Origin: Patescibacteria group bacterium
GTDB taxonomy: Bacteria; Patescibacteriota; Minisyncoccia; UBA6257; 2-01-FULL-56-20
Reading direction: 5' to 3'
Assembly (NCBI GenBank): GCA_024654525.1
Contig: JANLHI010000030.1
Coordinates: 2,886 to 66,885 of the forward strand
DNA length: 64,000 nucleotides
Below are positions 18,414 to 27,441 of this stretch, one piece after another. The first letter of the stretch is position 1. Each line of letters begins with the position of its first letter. The notes beneath the pieces were generated by a model. The model saw nothing but the letters and a program-made list of their open reading frames with translations, did not search any database and was not told where the DNA came from. Made by a program: the position numbers and the translations under genes.

Positions 18414-19103
18414 CTATGCGTTTGGTCTTTTGAGTACTAAATCCATTTCGGGGGAATCTGATTGCAGGTTCTCGATTACTTTTTTTGCAACGGGCATAAC
18501 TTCCATGTATTCGCGAAAATCTGCGGGATATTCCTCTTTATATATTTCCGTTTGCATACCACCGGGGAACACACCGTAGACTTGTATATTCGAGTTTTTC
18601 AGTTCTTTGCGAATTGATTCGGTCAAGCTCCTCACTGCAAATTTTGAAGACGAGTATGCGGCGATGCCCGGTTTTCCTTCAAGTCCGGCAGTAGAATTGA
18701 TATTGATAATTACGCCTTTCCCTTTTTCTTTCATATAAGAGAGAGCAACCTGACAGCCATACACATATCCAAAGAAATTAACCGCAAACAAGTGATGCAT
18801 TTTTTCAATATCAATATCTTCCACAAGGCTTGGTGCAATTTGAACACCGGCGTTGTTAATCCATATATCAATCGTGTGATATTTCTCAAAAACATATTTA
18901 GCGAATTCTCTCGTCTCATTTATAGAAGTAGCATTTGCCACAAAAGAATCACAGGATAATTTTTTCGCTGTATTTTGAAGTGCTGTTGCGTCATGACCGC
19001 TAATCACCACGTGAGCTCCGGAAGCAATACAAAGTTCCGCAAGTGCTTTGCCGAACCCTCGACTTCCGCCGGTTATAACAATGACTTTTTCTTTTAAATC
19101 CAT
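18414..19103 (-). CDS. Short-chain dehydrogenase/reductase (SDR) family oxidoreductase
   Basis: Motifs TGGSRGFG, NNAG and YSSSK. Confidence 0.8.
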   Translation of the reverse strand: MDLKEKVIVITGGSRGFGKALAELCIASGAHVVISGHDATALQNTAKKLSCDSFVANATSINETREFAKYVFEKYHTIDIWINNAGVQIAPSLVEDIDIEKMHHLFAVNFFGYVYGCQVALSYMKEKGKGVIININSTAGLEGKPGIAAYSSSKFAVRSLTESIRKELKNSNIQVYGVFPGGMQTEIYKEEYPADFREYMEVMPVAKKVIENLQSDSPEMDLVLKRPNA

Positions 19104-19435
19104 AATGTGAGATATAGTGTTTCCTGTGGTGATGATGTCTTGAAATTAGAACCGACTTCGGCTCGCCGAAGCTTCGTTCCGGCGTACTTTATCTCGTCGT
19201 AGCCGAGCTATAGCGAGACGAAGGTAGTATTCATTATACAAAAGAACCTTTTTTAAAACCAATCCTGACGAGGAAATCTGAACTGCACCCCGCCTCTTTT
19301 TTCTGGGGGAATGGTGATGCGTCGTTAGAATCCATTAGAAGAAGAACATAAGGATTTTTATGTTTTTCTTCCCAAATTTTTTGCTGATCAGAATGTGAAA
19401 TTATGTTTTGCATATCTGATGAAATCGTTTCTTTT

Positions 19436-20143
19436 CTATTTTTGCTCAGCTATTTTATCCAAAAAATTAAATAGGAGATTATTCATTTCAGCGTAATTAT
19501 GGCTTCGTAATTGTTCAGCGGTTTCAATATACGGCAAACCTTTATGACCCTCTAATTCGTGCGTATTATTTTCTATCATTCCTTCAATCGCTTCTGGCGT
19601 AAATTCAAAATGACATTGGAAGCCATATATTTTTGGAGCATAACGAATTATTTGTCGCGGGCATCCTTCGCTAGTGGCTAAAATTTTTGATTCTGGAGTA
19701 AGCCCCGGCATATCCCCATGCCAATGACCAACCAAAAATTTTTCAGGAAATTTTCCAATTATCGGGTCTTGCTTTCCGTCTTCTGTAAGCGTTATCGGAA
19801 AAACACCAATTTCTCGGTTTGGGCTATGTCCGAATTTTCCGCCAAGAGCTTCACCAATAAGTTGTGCGCCAAGACAAACACCAAGCAAAATTTTATTTTG
19901 GTTGATAGCTTTTTTAATAAACTCAATTTCCTTTTTTGCGTCATAATGTGGGCACTCTTCTAAAGTCGTTGCGGGAGATTGTGGCCCACCCATAACCACT
20001 AAAAAATCAAAATTACATTTTTCGGGGAAAGTGCCTCCAAGATATTGTCTGGTGTAAGTTATGTCGAGCCCTTTTTTCTTTGCCCATATTTCTGTGGCCG
20101 CAGGAGATTCAAAACTTTCATGCATTATAATATGTATTTTCAT
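19436..20143 (-). CDS. Class I glutamine amidotransferase-like protein
   Basis: GVCLGAQL nucleophile elbow, with H and E near the C-terminus. Confidence 0.7.
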   Translation of the reverse strand: MKIHIIMHESFESPAATEIWAKKKGLDITYTRQYLGGTFPEKCNFDFLVVMGGPQSPATTLEECPHYDAKKEIEFIKKAINQNKILLGVCLGAQLIGEALGGKFGHSPNREIGVFPITLTEDGKQDPIIGKFPEKFLVGHWHGDMPGLTPESKILATSEGCPRQIIRYAPKIYGFQCHFEFTPEAIEGMIENNTHELEGHKGLPYIETAEQLRSHNYAEMNNLLFNFLDKIAEQK

Positions 20144-20379
20144 ATATTCATAAATTATTTCAGAAGTTCCTCCATTGGAACGCCTAACGACTTGGCGATT
20201 TTTATGGACCGATTTATTAGTTTTAAAATGTCTTCTCTCACCTTAACATTAATCAAACGAACATCTTTGGTTTTCTCATAAAGTTTATCCAAATAAGAGC
20301 TAATTTCGGGTTGCATTGTATTTAAAGATCTGGGGCGGTTATGTCTCTCAAGTGGGTGCTTAATCGTACGATTAACTAC

Positions 20380-20626
20380 AAAAAATAATTCTTTAACATC
20401 TTCTTAATAGTTCTAAATCCCCAGCCGCTCTTAAGATATTCTTCTCGTGATTTGGCATCCCTCATATTCAAAACGCTTCATAGAATATCAGTTCGTAGGG
20501 GCGAAACGGTTTTGTCGCCTGACTTTTGCCGCTGTTGTGTTCGGCAACTCGTTTCTCAAGGTCGGCTGTATATCCAATATATAAACTTTGGTTTTTCTTA
20601 CTCTGCAAAATGTAAACGTAATACAT
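20380..20626 (-). pseudogene. GIY-YIG nuclease family gene disrupted by a frameshift and stop
   Basis: The N-terminal part MYYVYILQSKKNQSLYIGYTADLEKRVAEHNSGK...YEAF ends at TGA at 20468. The C-terminal part (REEYLKSGWGFRTIKKML) continues in the +1 frame from 20465. Together they match the intact copy at 31980. Confidence 0.55.
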
Positions 20627-20711
20627 TTTTTGTGTTATGGCGGGACGTAATAATTTCTTCGAAATTAAACGTCCCAGCAACGTAAAATTTGCCGTGCAAA
20701 TTTGTACGTTG

Positions 20712-20798
20712 CGGAGGGGGTGAGATTCGAACTCACGATACCCTTTCGAGTATACCGCATTTCGAGTGCGGCGCCTTCGGCCACTCAGCCACCCCTCC
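20712..20798 (-). tRNA. tRNA-Ser(CGA)
   Basis: Acceptor GGAGGGG/CCCCTCC, anticodon loop CTCGAAA, a long variable arm, and T-arm GTGAG-TTCGAAT-CTCAC. Confidence 0.75.
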
Positions 20799-21026
20799 AT
20801 TGTCTCGCCAAAACTTTAGTGCAGGCGGACTCACTCGCTATTCTATGCACAAATGACAAGAAAATAAAGTCACGCGGTATTATTTTAAGGTTATAGTCAT
20901 TGTAGTTGTTGCACAGTTTGATACAATTTTATGTAGTGGCAACGTATAAACTTACTTAAGAGACGAAGAATTCCTTGTTTAAATTTTATTTTTCAAGTTA
21001 TTGCGTGAGATAAACTTTTTATATTT

Positions 21027-22727
21027 ATGAAGAAAAAACCATTGAGTCAGGATGTTGTCCGGGAAGATGCAGTGAAATTTGATGATACTGCAATCAGAGA
21101 GCTTCTTCTCAAGGAGAGTTATGTGAGTGAAGAAGATGCACAGAAGGCTGATGATTTTGCGAAAGAGCATCACACGGCTTTTATTGATTATCTTCTCCAA
21201 GAGCGTCTCATTACCAAAGATCTTATAGGACAAGCAATTGCGGAGTCACTCAAGATTCCTTATGCCGACTTAAATTCAACCCCGTCAACTTCCGAGCAGG
21301 TACAAAAGATTCCCGAAGACATTGCCAAGAAATATCGAGTGGTCATTTTTACCGAAGAGGATAAAAAGGTAATGGTTGCTACCGACAATCCACAGGATGA
21401 AAATCTTTTGCCGGAGATTGAAAAGCTTTTTCCGGGAAAGAAGATTGATATTGCTTACTCGATCGCTGATGACATTGATGCAAGTTTTGTGCATTATCAA
21501 AAACCACTGGAGACACGATTTTCCAAAATTATCGAGAAAAAAGGAAGAATTGCACCGGAACTTTTGGAAGAAATATTTGATGACGCGCTTGTATATCATG
21601 CATCCGATATTCATTTTGAACCTCGGCAAAATAACGTATTAGTAAGGTTCCGTGTCGATGGTGTGTTGCATGAAGCGGGGAAAATTCCGAGGGAGTATTA
21701 TGAAAATATTTTAAATCGCATCAAAGTACAAAGTGGGTTGCGTATTGATGAGCATGTTACCGCACAGGATGGTTCTCTTCGTTATGAGAAGGGAAGTGCG
21801 GTGGTTGATATGAGAACTTCCATTGTTCCCACCGTTGAGGGAGAGAAGGTGGTATTACGTGTGCTTTCGGCATATGTGCAGGGATTTTCTCTCGGAGATA
21901 TCGGTTTGTCGCCCGCGCACCAGGAACTTCTTCGAGAGGCGGCGGACAAGCCATTTGGCATGATCCTTGTAGTGGGTCCAACCGGTTCCGGAAAGACAAC
22001 CACGTTGTATTCACTTTTGAAAATTGTAAATAATCCGGATGTGAATATCACTACCATTGAAGACCCTGTGGAATATAAAGTGGTGGGAGTGAATCAAATT
22101 CAAGTGAACAATCAAACGAAGCTCACGTTTGCAAAAGGATTGCGTTCCATTGTTCGTCAAGATCCGGATATCATTCTCGTTGGTGAAATACGCGATCAAG
22201 AAACTGCGGAGATTGCGGTGAATGCCGCACTTACCGGCCACCTGTTGTATTCCACGTTTCACGCGAATGATGCCGCAACCGCACTTCCTCGACTTTTGGA
22301 TATGGGTACAGAGCCGTTTTTACTTGCTTCCACATTACAGGTTATTGTTGCGCAACGACTTGTGCGGAAAATTTGCGAACATTGTAAACATAGCGTTACA
22401 AAATCTTCGAGTGATTTTAATACTCCACAGCTTAAGACAAGCCATGCATATTTTGGAGGGAAGTCGGCAACTTTTTACGAGGGGAAAAAGTGTGAAGCGT
22501 GCGGGTATACGGGATATCTTGGGCGCACGGCAATTTTCGAATTCATAAAAATCACCCCGGAGATGCAAGATCTCATTCTTCATTCTCCTTCAACAAAGGA
22601 AATTTGGAAGCTGGCTCGCAAAGAGGGATCAAACACACTTTTTGAAGATGGAATTGAGAAGGTGAAAGTGGGGATAACGACACTTGAAGAGCTTCTTCGA
22701 GTTGCAGAGCCTCCGGATAAGACATAG
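21027..22727 (+). CDS. pilB: Type IV pilus assembly ATPase (GspE/PilB family)
   Basis: Walker A GPTGSGKTT, a T2SSE core, and a C-terminal tetracysteine motif. Confidence 0.85.
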   Translation: MKKKPLSQDVVREDAVKFDDTAIRELLLKESYVSEEDAQKADDFAKEHHTAFIDYLLQERLITKDLIGQAIAESLKIPYADLNSTPSTSEQVQKIPEDIAKKYRVVIFTEEDKKVMVATDNPQDENLLPEIEKLFPGKKIDIAYSIADDIDASFVHYQKPLETRFSKIIEKKGRIAPELLEEIFDDALVYHASDIHFEPRQNNVLVRFRVDGVLHEAGKIPREYYENILNRIKVQSGLRIDEHVTAQDGSLRYEKGSAVVDMRTSIVPTVEGEKVVLRVLSAYVQGFSLGDIGLSPAHQELLREAADKPFGMILVVGPTGSGKTTTLYSLLKIVNNPDVNITTIEDPVEYKVVGVNQIQVNNQTKLTFAKGLRSIVRQDPDIILVGEIRDQETAEIAVNAALTGHLLYSTFHANDAATALPRLLDMGTEPFLLASTLQVIVAQRLVRKICEHCKHSVTKSSSDFNTPQLKTSHAYFGGKSATFYEGKKCEACGYTGYLGRTAIFEFIKITPEMQDLILHSPSTKEIWKLARKEGSNTLFEDGIEKVKVGITTLEELLRVAEPPDKT

Positions 22728-22862
22728 TCAGAAGCAGTAACATTCACTGTAGATGTTTTACAAAATATGTTCGACACGAAACCGCATCTTACGCATTTAT
22801 CATTCATTATCGATGTGTGCAACTAAGTTTTGGAGAGAAAAATTAATATATAATACCGCGCA

Positions 22863-24293
22863 ATGACTTTTGGTCTTTCAAAAGAAAGGGATTATTTTAT
22901 AGAAAATTTAAGCATGCTGATTGCAAGCGGTATGCCGATTACTTCGGCACTTGATGCCATGGCACTCGAAATGCGTTCACGCCGCATGAAGAGTATCGTT
23001 GCAGATATAAAAGCGGATATTGAATCGGGGTCTCCGTTATGGAAGGCGCTTGTGACTACTAATCTTTTTCCCGATCATGCGGTTTCGTTGATTCAACTTG
23101 GCGAAGAATCGGGGAAGCTTATGGAAAATTTGAAAGTAGTCGCGGTTGAGCAAGAAAAAGATCGCGTGTTCAAGTCGAAGCTTCGTTCCGCCATGATGTA
23201 CCCGGTGTTTGTACTTTCCCTTACGGTAATTATCGGTGTTGGTATCGCGTGGTTCATTCTTCCGAAGCTTGCAACTGTATTTTCTCAGCTTAAGATTAAA
23301 TTACCGCTTATCACGAAGATTCTAATTGAATCGGGAATATTTCTTGGCAATTATGGGCAGTATGTGGTGCCTGCGGGTATCGTAGTAATGGGATTGTTTT
23401 TCTTTTTCCTCTTTTCATTTCGCAAGACAAAATTTATAGGTCAGTTTGTTTTATTTTCTTCTCCCGGTATCAAGGGTCTTATTAAAGAAGTAGAAGTGGC
23501 TCGGTTTGGGTATCTTCTTGGGACTCTTTTGGAAGCAGGACTTCCCATTACCCATGTGTTTAATTCGCTTGCGAATGCCACTGAAGTTGCGCCATATCGC
23601 AAACTTTATTTTCATTTGCGTGATTCGATAAAAGACGGAAATTCTCTTCAGAAAAGTTTTGGTACATTCAGACATGCAAATCGTTTGATTCCTGCTCCCA
23701 TACAACAATTGATTTTTGTCGGAGAACAATCGGGTTCGTTATCAACGACTTCATTAAAAATTGGCGCTACTTTTGAAACAAAAGCGGATACCAGTACAAA
23801 AAATCTTGCCGTTATTTTAGAGCCGATTCTTCTCGTTATTGTATGGCTTGGTGTGGTTGCGGTGGCACTTGCGGTTATCTTGCCTATCTACAATCTTATA
23901 GGAGGTTTCAATGCGGGAGGACAACAAACACCACAAACAGAAGAGCCATCTGTTTCTGTCGTAGTGGAGGATCCCACGGTAGATCTGGAACTCAAAGTGC
24001 AGGAAGTCTTACCAAGTGCAGAGACCATAGATCAAGGATTGGAAATCCAAGAAGTCGTGCCCGGTGAAGAAGTAGTGAAGGAAAATGAGAATACACTTCG
24101 TATTCTTCCTACGGGCTTTGATTATCTCAATGTGCGCGATGCATCGTCGGTGGGAGGAAATATTATAACTCATGTTGCACCGGGGGATGTATATGTATAT
24201 ACGGAAGAAAGTGAAGGGTGGTACCGAATCGTTTTATCAGACGGTGAATCTGGTTGGGTATCGGGGAAATATATAGAAACAATTGGCAATTAA
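22863..24293 (+). CDS. pilC: Type IV pilus platform protein (GspF/PilC family) with a C-terminal SH3b-like domain
   Basis: A GspF-type polytopic domain, then an E/V/P-rich linker, then GWYRIVLSDGESGWVSGKYIE (bacterial SH3). Confidence 0.7.
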   Translation: MTFGLSKERDYFIENLSMLIASGMPITSALDAMALEMRSRRMKSIVADIKADIESGSPLWKALVTTNLFPDHAVSLIQLGEESGKLMENLKVVAVEQEKDRVFKSKLRSAMMYPVFVLSLTVIIGVGIAWFILPKLATVFSQLKIKLPLITKILIESGIFLGNYGQYVVPAGIVVMGLFFFFLFSFRKTKFIGQFVLFSSPGIKGLIKEVEVARFGYLLGTLLEAGLPITHVFNSLANATEVAPYRKLYFHLRDSIKDGNSLQKSFGTFRHANRLIPAPIQQLIFVGEQSGSLSTTSLKIGATFETKADTSTKNLAVILEPILLVIVWLGVVAVALAVILPIYNLIGGFNAGGQQTPQTEEPSVSVVVEDPTVDLELKVQEVLPSAETIDQGLEIQEVVPGEEVVKENENTLRILPTGFDYLNVRDASSVGGNIITHVAPGDVYVYTEESEGWYRIVLSDGESGWVSGKYIETIGN

Positions 24294-24322
24294 TACTGGA
24301 TATTTGAAAGAAATTTATAGAA

Positions 24323-24796
24323 ATGAAAAAGAAAAATTCCAGTGTCAAATGTCAAATTTCAAATATGAGAGCGGGATTTACACTCCTTGAAATGCTCCTT
24401 TCTCTTTCGGCAATCACGCTTATCGCGGGAATCGGCGTTCCGGTGTATCAGTCATTTCAAAACAGGAATAATTTAGATATCGCGGCGACTACTGTGGTGC
24501 AAAACATGCGTCGCGCGCAAGTTCTTTCACACGCGGTTGATGGTGATACAAGTTGGGGGGTAAAGGCGCAATCGGGGAGCATTGTAATGTTCAAGGGAGC
24601 GAGTTATGTCGCGCGCGATGCTGATTTTGACGAGGTATTCGAAGTACCGACAAATATGACCGTATCCGGAATAGGGGAATATGTTTTTACAAAATTTACG
24701 GGATTGCCCGCAAGTGTGGGTACCACGACGCTTATGTCGGTGAATAATGAAACGAGAACAATTACCATTAATGCAAAAGGCACCATTGAATACTGA
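24323..24796 (+). CDS. Type IV pilin-like protein (prepilin)
   Basis: Leader followed by G|FTLLEML, an N-terminal methylation motif, and a hydrophobic helix. Confidence 0.7.
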   Translation: MKKKNSSVKCQISNMRAGFTLLEMLLSLSAITLIAGIGVPVYQSFQNRNNLDIAATTVVQNMRRAQVLSHAVDGDTSWGVKAQSGSIVMFKGASYVARDADFDEVFEVPTNMTVSGIGEYVFTKFTGLPASVGTTTLMSVNNETRTITINAKGTIEY

Positions 24797-24798
24797 AT

Positions 24799-25788
24799 AT
24801 GGAATGTGGAATATTGAATATGGATAACGAAAAAATAAAATCATACAAAGATCTTAACACCTGGAAAAATGGGCATGAATTGGTTTTGCAGATATATAAA
24901 ATAACAAAAAAATTTCCAAAAGAGGAGCAATTCGGACTTGTATCACAAATTTGCAGAGCCGCTGTATCTATAACATCAAATATCGCAGAAGGTTTTAGTA
25001 GGAGACTTCCCAAAGATAAAGCACATTTTTATTCAATGGCGAAAGGATCTCTTACAGAAGTAGACAATCAAATCCTTATTGCAAAAGATGTAGGATACAT
25101 TAATGATAGCGATTTTAATAAAATAGGTAGTCAGATAGAGATTGTTGGAAGATTGCTAACGGGGCTTTTAAAGGTAACTCAACATTCAAAATTCAACATT
25201 CAAAATTCATCGCAACAGGGCTTTTCGTTGGTAGAAGTAATACTTGCCAGCGCTGTTTTTGTGTTGCTGGTTACCGCGTTTGTCGGCGCATATCTTTATG
25301 GGCAAGAATCCACTGCACTTGCGGGAAGCCGCGCTCGCGCCACGTTCCTTGTCGAAGAGGGATTAGAGGCGGTGCGTAATATCCGTGATTCTTCATTCGA
25401 AAATCTTATTGATGGCACTTATGGACTGGCTACTACGAGTAATCAGTGGAATCTGTCTGGTTCCAGTGATACGGTCGGTGTGTTTACGAGGCAGATTACC
25501 GTTGCTACGGTAGATGAGAACAGGAAAACGGTTTCTTGTTCGGTTTCATGGCAACAAAATCCACAACGAAATGGTTCAGTATCTCTCACCTCGAGACTTA
25601 CAAATTGGCAAAAGAGTGCTTCGACTCCCGTTTCTTGTAATGAACACACCATACAAGAGGGATATAGTGCGGGAACATGTAGGGCAAATTCCCAGCAATG
25701 TGCAAATAATGGCGAGACGTATCTTTCCACTGGTGATGTGTATTGTACCGATGGCGCTTCTGTCGATACTTGTTGTGCATTGCCTTAA
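24799..25788 (+). CDS. Four-helix-bundle protein (23S rRNA IVS-type, ~118 aa) fused in frame to a type IV prepilin
   Basis: The N-terminus MDNEKIKSYKDLNTWKNGHELVLQIYKITKKFPKEEQFGL...NIAEGF is a 4HB signature. G|FSLVEVIL is a prepilin motif. A 14-nt tandem duplication lies at the junction. Confidence 0.55.
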   Translation: MECGILNMDNEKIKSYKDLNTWKNGHELVLQIYKITKKFPKEEQFGLVSQICRAAVSITSNIAEGFSRRLPKDKAHFYSMAKGSLTEVDNQILIAKDVGYINDSDFNKIGSQIEIVGRLLTGLLKVTQHSKFNIQNSSQQGFSLVEVILASAVFVLLVTAFVGAYLYGQESTALAGSRARATFLVEEGLEAVRNIRDSSFENLIDGTYGLATTSNQWNLSGSSDTVGVFTRQITVATVDENRKTVSCSVSWQQNPQRNGSVSLTSRLTNWQKSASTPVSCNEHTIQEGYSAGTCRANSQQCANNGETYLSTGDVYCTDGASVDTCCALP

Positions 25789-25800
25789 TTTCGAAATTTT

Positions 25801-26325
25801 ATGTATCTGATTCCAATCCAAAATTCCCGGAAAGGATTTACTCTGATAGAGCTTTTGCTTTACGTTGCCGTTGCGTCCGTATTACTTTCCGCTATCTCCA
25901 CCTTCTTTTTTATTTTGCTTGAATCAAGAGTAAAGAATCAAACAATCGCCGAAGTGGAACAGCAGGGGATGCGCGTGATGCAAATGATTACACGAGCATC
26001 TCGGAATGCCGAGGCGATTACTTCACCCTCTCAAGGAGCTAGTGCTGCTTCTCTCATATTGGATGTGATAACTGTAGCGGATGACCCTACTGTTTTCGAT
26101 CTTTCCGGAGGAGTTCTTCGCATTAAAGAGGGGTCCGGTTCAGTAATTCCACTTACCAATTCGCGCGTTACCGCTTCTTCACTTTCTTTTTTCAATCTTT
26201 CTCGTGCGAGTACTCCGGGCGCTATTAGTATTCAATTCACACTTACCCACGCAAATCCTGCGGGGAGAAATGAGTATAATTTTAGTGAAACATTCTATGG
26301 AAGTGCATCGCTTCGGCAACCATAA
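25801..26325 (+). CDS. Type IV pilin-like protein
   Basis: Leader MYLIPIQNSRK followed by G|FTLIELL. Confidence 0.65.
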   Translation: MYLIPIQNSRKGFTLIELLLYVAVASVLLSAISTFFFILLESRVKNQTIAEVEQQGMRVMQMITRASRNAEAITSPSQGASAASLILDVITVADDPTVFDLSGGVLRIKEGSGSVIPLTNSRVTASSLSFFNLSRASTPGAISIQFTLTHANPAGRNEYNFSETFYGSASLRQP

Positions 26326-26380
26326 GATAAAATTTTGAATTCCAAACTTATTATTCAATTATCTCAATCTACTCATAGCC

Positions 26381-26803
26381 ATGTTTCAATCTACTTACTA
26401 CAAAGTTTTTATTAGGCATCGTCAGGGTTATATTACCCTTATAAGTGTTTTGGTGGTTGGCGCTGTTGGAATCGCAATTACCATTTCACTTATTTTACTC
26501 GGATTGAGTTCTTCACGCACAAGCTTTGCAGTGGAACAGTCTAATCAAGCCAAGGCGCTTGTAAATGCGTGCGTTGAAGAAGGAATGCAGCAGATTCGAG
26601 ATGCCACATCATTTACGGGCAGTGGGAGTTTGACTCTCGGTCAGGGGGTATGCAGTTATACGGTGACGAGTCAAGGAGGGCAGAATCGTACTATCGTTGC
26701 GTCGAGTACGGTGGGTACCATTATCCGCAAGACAAAAGTAATCATTGATAAAATTAACCCCACTATTCAGGTTGTCTCGTGGCAGGAAGTAAGTGATTTC
26801 TAG
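26381..26803 (+). CDS. Minor pilin/pseudopilin-like protein
   Basis: Hydrophobic N-terminus GYITLISVLVVGAV with no Glu at position +5. Confidence 0.4.
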   Translation: MFQSTYYKVFIRHRQGYITLISVLVVGAVGIAITISLILLGLSSSRTSFAVEQSNQAKALVNACVEEGMQQIRDATSFTGSGSLTLGQGVCSYTVTSQGGQNRTIVASSTVGTIIRKTKVIIDKINPTIQVVSWQEVSDF

Positions 26804-26867
26804 TAAAGAACTTGATAGCGAGGGCGTTTGATGATTAATATGCAAAAAATAACAAAGTTGTGGTAAA

Positions 26868-27389
26868 ATGGGGAGTATGAAGAAATTCTTTTTTAAAAGT
26901 TATATGTCGCGTTCTGAAAGTGAAAGATTTCGAGCAGGTTTCACTCTTCTCGAAATCCTTTTGGTAGTCGCCGCTATCGCGATTCTTGCGGGTATTGTGA
27001 TTGTTGCAATCAACCCCAATAAACAGTTGGGAGACACAAGAAATGCCCAGCGTCGTGCAGATGTAAACACTATTCTTAACGCCGCGTATCAATATACGAT
27101 TGATAATAACGGAACATTGCCTTCTAGTATTGCAAGTTCAACGTGTTCCTCGGTTACCACGAATGAAATTTGTAAAACCGGAGTTGCGACATCAACATGC
27201 AGTGGAAGTTTTATTGCACTTACCGAACTTACCGCAAGCGAACAATATTTAACCTCGCTTCCCATTGATCCACAAGCGACAAGCAGTGCAAATGGCACCG
27301 GCTATCGTATTACAAAAAGCGGCAACGGTCGCGTTACCGTGTGTGCGCCGCTCGCTGAACAAAGTGCGACAATTAGTGTAACAAGGTAA
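26868..27389 (+). CDS. Type IV pilin (major pilin-like)
   Basis: Leader followed by G|FTLLEILL. The C-terminal region is Cys-rich. Confidence 0.7.
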   Translation: MGSMKKFFFKSYMSRSESERFRAGFTLLEILLVVAAIAILAGIVIVAINPNKQLGDTRNAQRRADVNTILNAAYQYTIDNNGTLPSSIASSTCSSVTTNEICKTGVATSTCSGSFIALTELTASEQYLTSLPIDPQATSSANGTGYRITKSGNGRVTVCAPLAEQSATISVTR

Positions 27390-27441
27390 GAAGTGTTATT
27401 TCATACGCAACGAAAACATCCTCGCTTGTTATCAGCATAGA

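Noticed and set aside
20468-20800. 110-aa ORF called as a single CDS
   Set aside because: Its N-terminal 58 aa overlap tRNA-Ser(CGA) on the same strand. Only the C-terminal GIY-YIG part is genuine, and that is frameshifted.
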